DNA from: an uncultured Lentisphaeria bacterium
Lineage (GTDB): Bacteria > Verrucomicrobiota > Lentisphaeria > JABSQK01 > JAJFLO01
Assembly: GCA_951812855.1 (NCBI GenBank)
Contig: OX638337.1
Location: 1,410,001 to 1,442,000, forward strand
Direction: 5' to 3'
DNA length: 32,000 bases
The position numbers were made by a program, and so were the translations under genes. Under the pieces are notes generated by a model, which was not told the origin of the DNA, did not search any database, and worked only from the letters and a program-made list of their open reading frames with translations. This document shows positions 30,545 to 32,000 of the stretch, piece after piece (the stretch's first letter is position 1; every line of letters begins with the position of its first letter).

Positions 30545-31005
30545 TGGGTTTTGTCTATCTCACCCTTGAACAAGCAATCGATATCCATGCTCTGACGGTG
30601 GATAAGAGCGGCGGCGGTGAAAAAGGGCATCTTGAAATAGGGAATTTGGAATCTGTCCTGGATAATATCCAAAATGATGACTACTACCCCACCTTTGATG
30701 CCAAACTTACCCATCTATTTCATTCAGCCTGTAAATTTCATTGTTTTCAAGATGGAAACAAGCGGATTGCCATTACGCTTTGTGTCAGGATGTTAATAGA
30801 TAATGGGTACTTAAGGAGTATTAATGGCTTTATCCAAAAATCAGAAAACATCAGCTACCATGTTGCAGCCGGAGTAATTTCTAAAGAACTTCTCGGCGAG
30901 TGGATGTTAGCCATATTGACAGGTGAAGAAGAGGATGAGTCATTGAAATTGAAAATTTTGAACGCAGTCACACAAGAATCTAAGTCCGAAGAATACAACT
31001 CATGA
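30544..31005 (+). CDS. doc: Fic/Doc-family toxin (death-on-curing type)
   Basis: 'VYLTLEQAIDIH' start and the Fido active-site motif 'HCFQDGNKRIA' (HxFx[D/N][A/G]NKR). The 153-aa size is typical of Doc. Confidence 0.85.
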   Translation: MGFVYLTLEQAIDIHALTVDKSGGGEKGHLEIGNLESVLDNIQNDDYYPTFDAKLTHLFHSACKFHCFQDGNKRIAITLCVRMLIDNGYLRSINGFIQKSENISYHVAAGVISKELLGEWMLAILTGEEEDESLKLKILNAVTQESKSEEYNS

Positions 31006-32000
31006 AATTCACTGAAGGGCAACTTGAAGCTGCTATCATCGAACTTCTCGGAGAGGAGGGCTACCCGCATGTATTGGGTAAGACGATTGAGCGTCAACGG
31101 CAGGAGGTGTTGATCAAGGCAGATTTAAATGAATTTTTGGCGAAAAAGTATGCAAAAGACGGGATTACGCCAGGTGAAATTGATTCGGTGATTCACCAGT
31201 TGGAAGCTTACTCTGCATCCGATCTTTACGAGAGCAATAAGGCAATCATGAAGCTGGTCTCAGATGGCTTTCTGCTGAAGCGGGAAGATCACACCCGGAA
31301 GGACCTGTATATTCAGCTGATCGATTATTCAGACTTAGCGGCGTTTCGGGAACCGAAGGAGGGGGAGATTCCGCATATTCTTGCAGATGATTCGGAGACT
31401 TATAAAAGAAAACTGAACATTTTCAAGATCGTCAATCAGCTGGAGATCGTCGGTCACGAAACTCGCATCCCTGACGGCATTCTCTATATCAACGGCCTGC
31501 CTCTGGTGGTGTTTGAGTTCAAGAGTGCGATCCGCGAGGAGACAACGATTCACGATGCCTTCCTGCAGCTTACCAACTGCTACAGGCGCGACATCCCGGA
31601 ACTGTTTAAATACAATGCACTTTGCGTGATCAGCGACGGGGTGAATAACAAGGTGGGTTCGTTTTTCGCATCATACGAATTCTTCTATGGATGGCGGAAG
31701 ACGGATGGCAGCGACCTGATCGAGAAAGACGGGATCGACTCGCTCTATTCGATGATTAAAGGACTGTTTCATCCGACCCGCCTCTGTGATGTGATCCGAA
31801 ATTTCGTTTACTTTCCTGATACTTCCCGGAAGGAGGAGAAGATCCTTTGCCGGTATCCCCAATATTACGCGGCGACGAAGTTGTATCGAAATATATTGCA
31901 GCATATGTGTCCCGAGGGCGATGGTAAGGGCGGCACGTATTTTGGGGCGACAGGCTGCGGCAAGAGTTTTACCATGTTGTTCCTGGTGCGACTGTTGATG
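31002..32000 (+). CDS. hsdR: Type I restriction enzyme R subunit, N-terminal part (333 codons, open at the window end; absent from the ORF track)
   Basis: My translation gives 'MKFTEGQLEAAIIELLGEEGYP...', the nuclease core 'PDGILYINGLPLVVFEFKS' and Walker A 'GATGCGKSFT'. ATGA overlap with the doc stop. Confidence 0.9.
   Translation, partial: MKFTEGQLEAAIIELLGEEGYPHVLGKTIERQRQEVLIKADLNEFLAKKYAKDGITPGEIDSVIHQLEAYSASDLYESNKAIMKLVSDGFLLKREDHTRKDLYIQLIDYSDLAAFREPKEGEIPHILADDSETYKRKLNIFKIVNQLEIVGHETRIPDGILYINGLPLVVFEFKSAIREETTIHDAFLQLTNCYRRDIPELFKYNALCVISDGVNNKVGSFFASYEFFYGWRKTDGSDLIEKDGIDSLYSMIKGLFHPTRLCDVIRNFVYFPDTSRKEEKILCRYPQYYAATKLYRNILQHMCPEGDGKGGTYFGATGCGKSFTMLFLVRLLM

Noticed and set aside
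30544-31005. Checked the 341-aa and Doc proteins for a Fic inhibitory helix motif, (S/T)xxxE(G/N)
   Set aside because: I found no match by eye. This fits a Doc-type rather than a Fic-type protein, so I make no claim of alpha-inh regulation.

Overview
The window comes from an AT-rich bacterial chromosome. Hand-counted 60-nt samples of backbone coding sequence give about 40% GC. The prepilin-type 'LVELLVV' protein and the short ParC/ParE pair suggest a PVC-type lineage (Lentisphaerae or Verrucomicrobia-like), but that is inference only.

The conserved core (3.8-22.6 kb) encodes parE-parC, miaB, a GltD-like FAD/FeS oxidoreductase, rluD-lgt, gatCAB, bcp and an alanine/glycine:cation symporter. 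Accessory DNA sits on both sides.

Left side (1-3.8 kb): a DNA methyltransferase fused to an Mrr-like nuclease domain, with its 5' end outside the window, abuts a decaying polysaccharide-type locus. That locus holds an E1-alpha remnant with an in-frame stop, an internally deleted E1-beta, an intact sugar transferase and about 0.5 kb of ORF-poor DNA.

Right side (23.8-32 kb and beyond): a superinfection-immunity/SHOCT membrane protein is followed by a compositionally foreign, tightly overlap-coupled type I R-M operon. Its order is hsdM, hsdS, an AlbA_2/HATPase_c_4 protein, then a cassette (30-codon ORF, 341-aa HTH protein, Doc-family toxin), then hsdR (open at the window end and missing from the ORF track).

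The strongest lead is that 1.6-kb lower-GC cassette. It is bracketed by a duplicated hsdR start (ATGAAATTCACYGAAG), and it pairs Doc with a non-Phd partner inside the R-M operon. It is a candidate R-M-embedded toxin/abortive-infection module.

I saw no tRNA, rRNA or CRISPR array.
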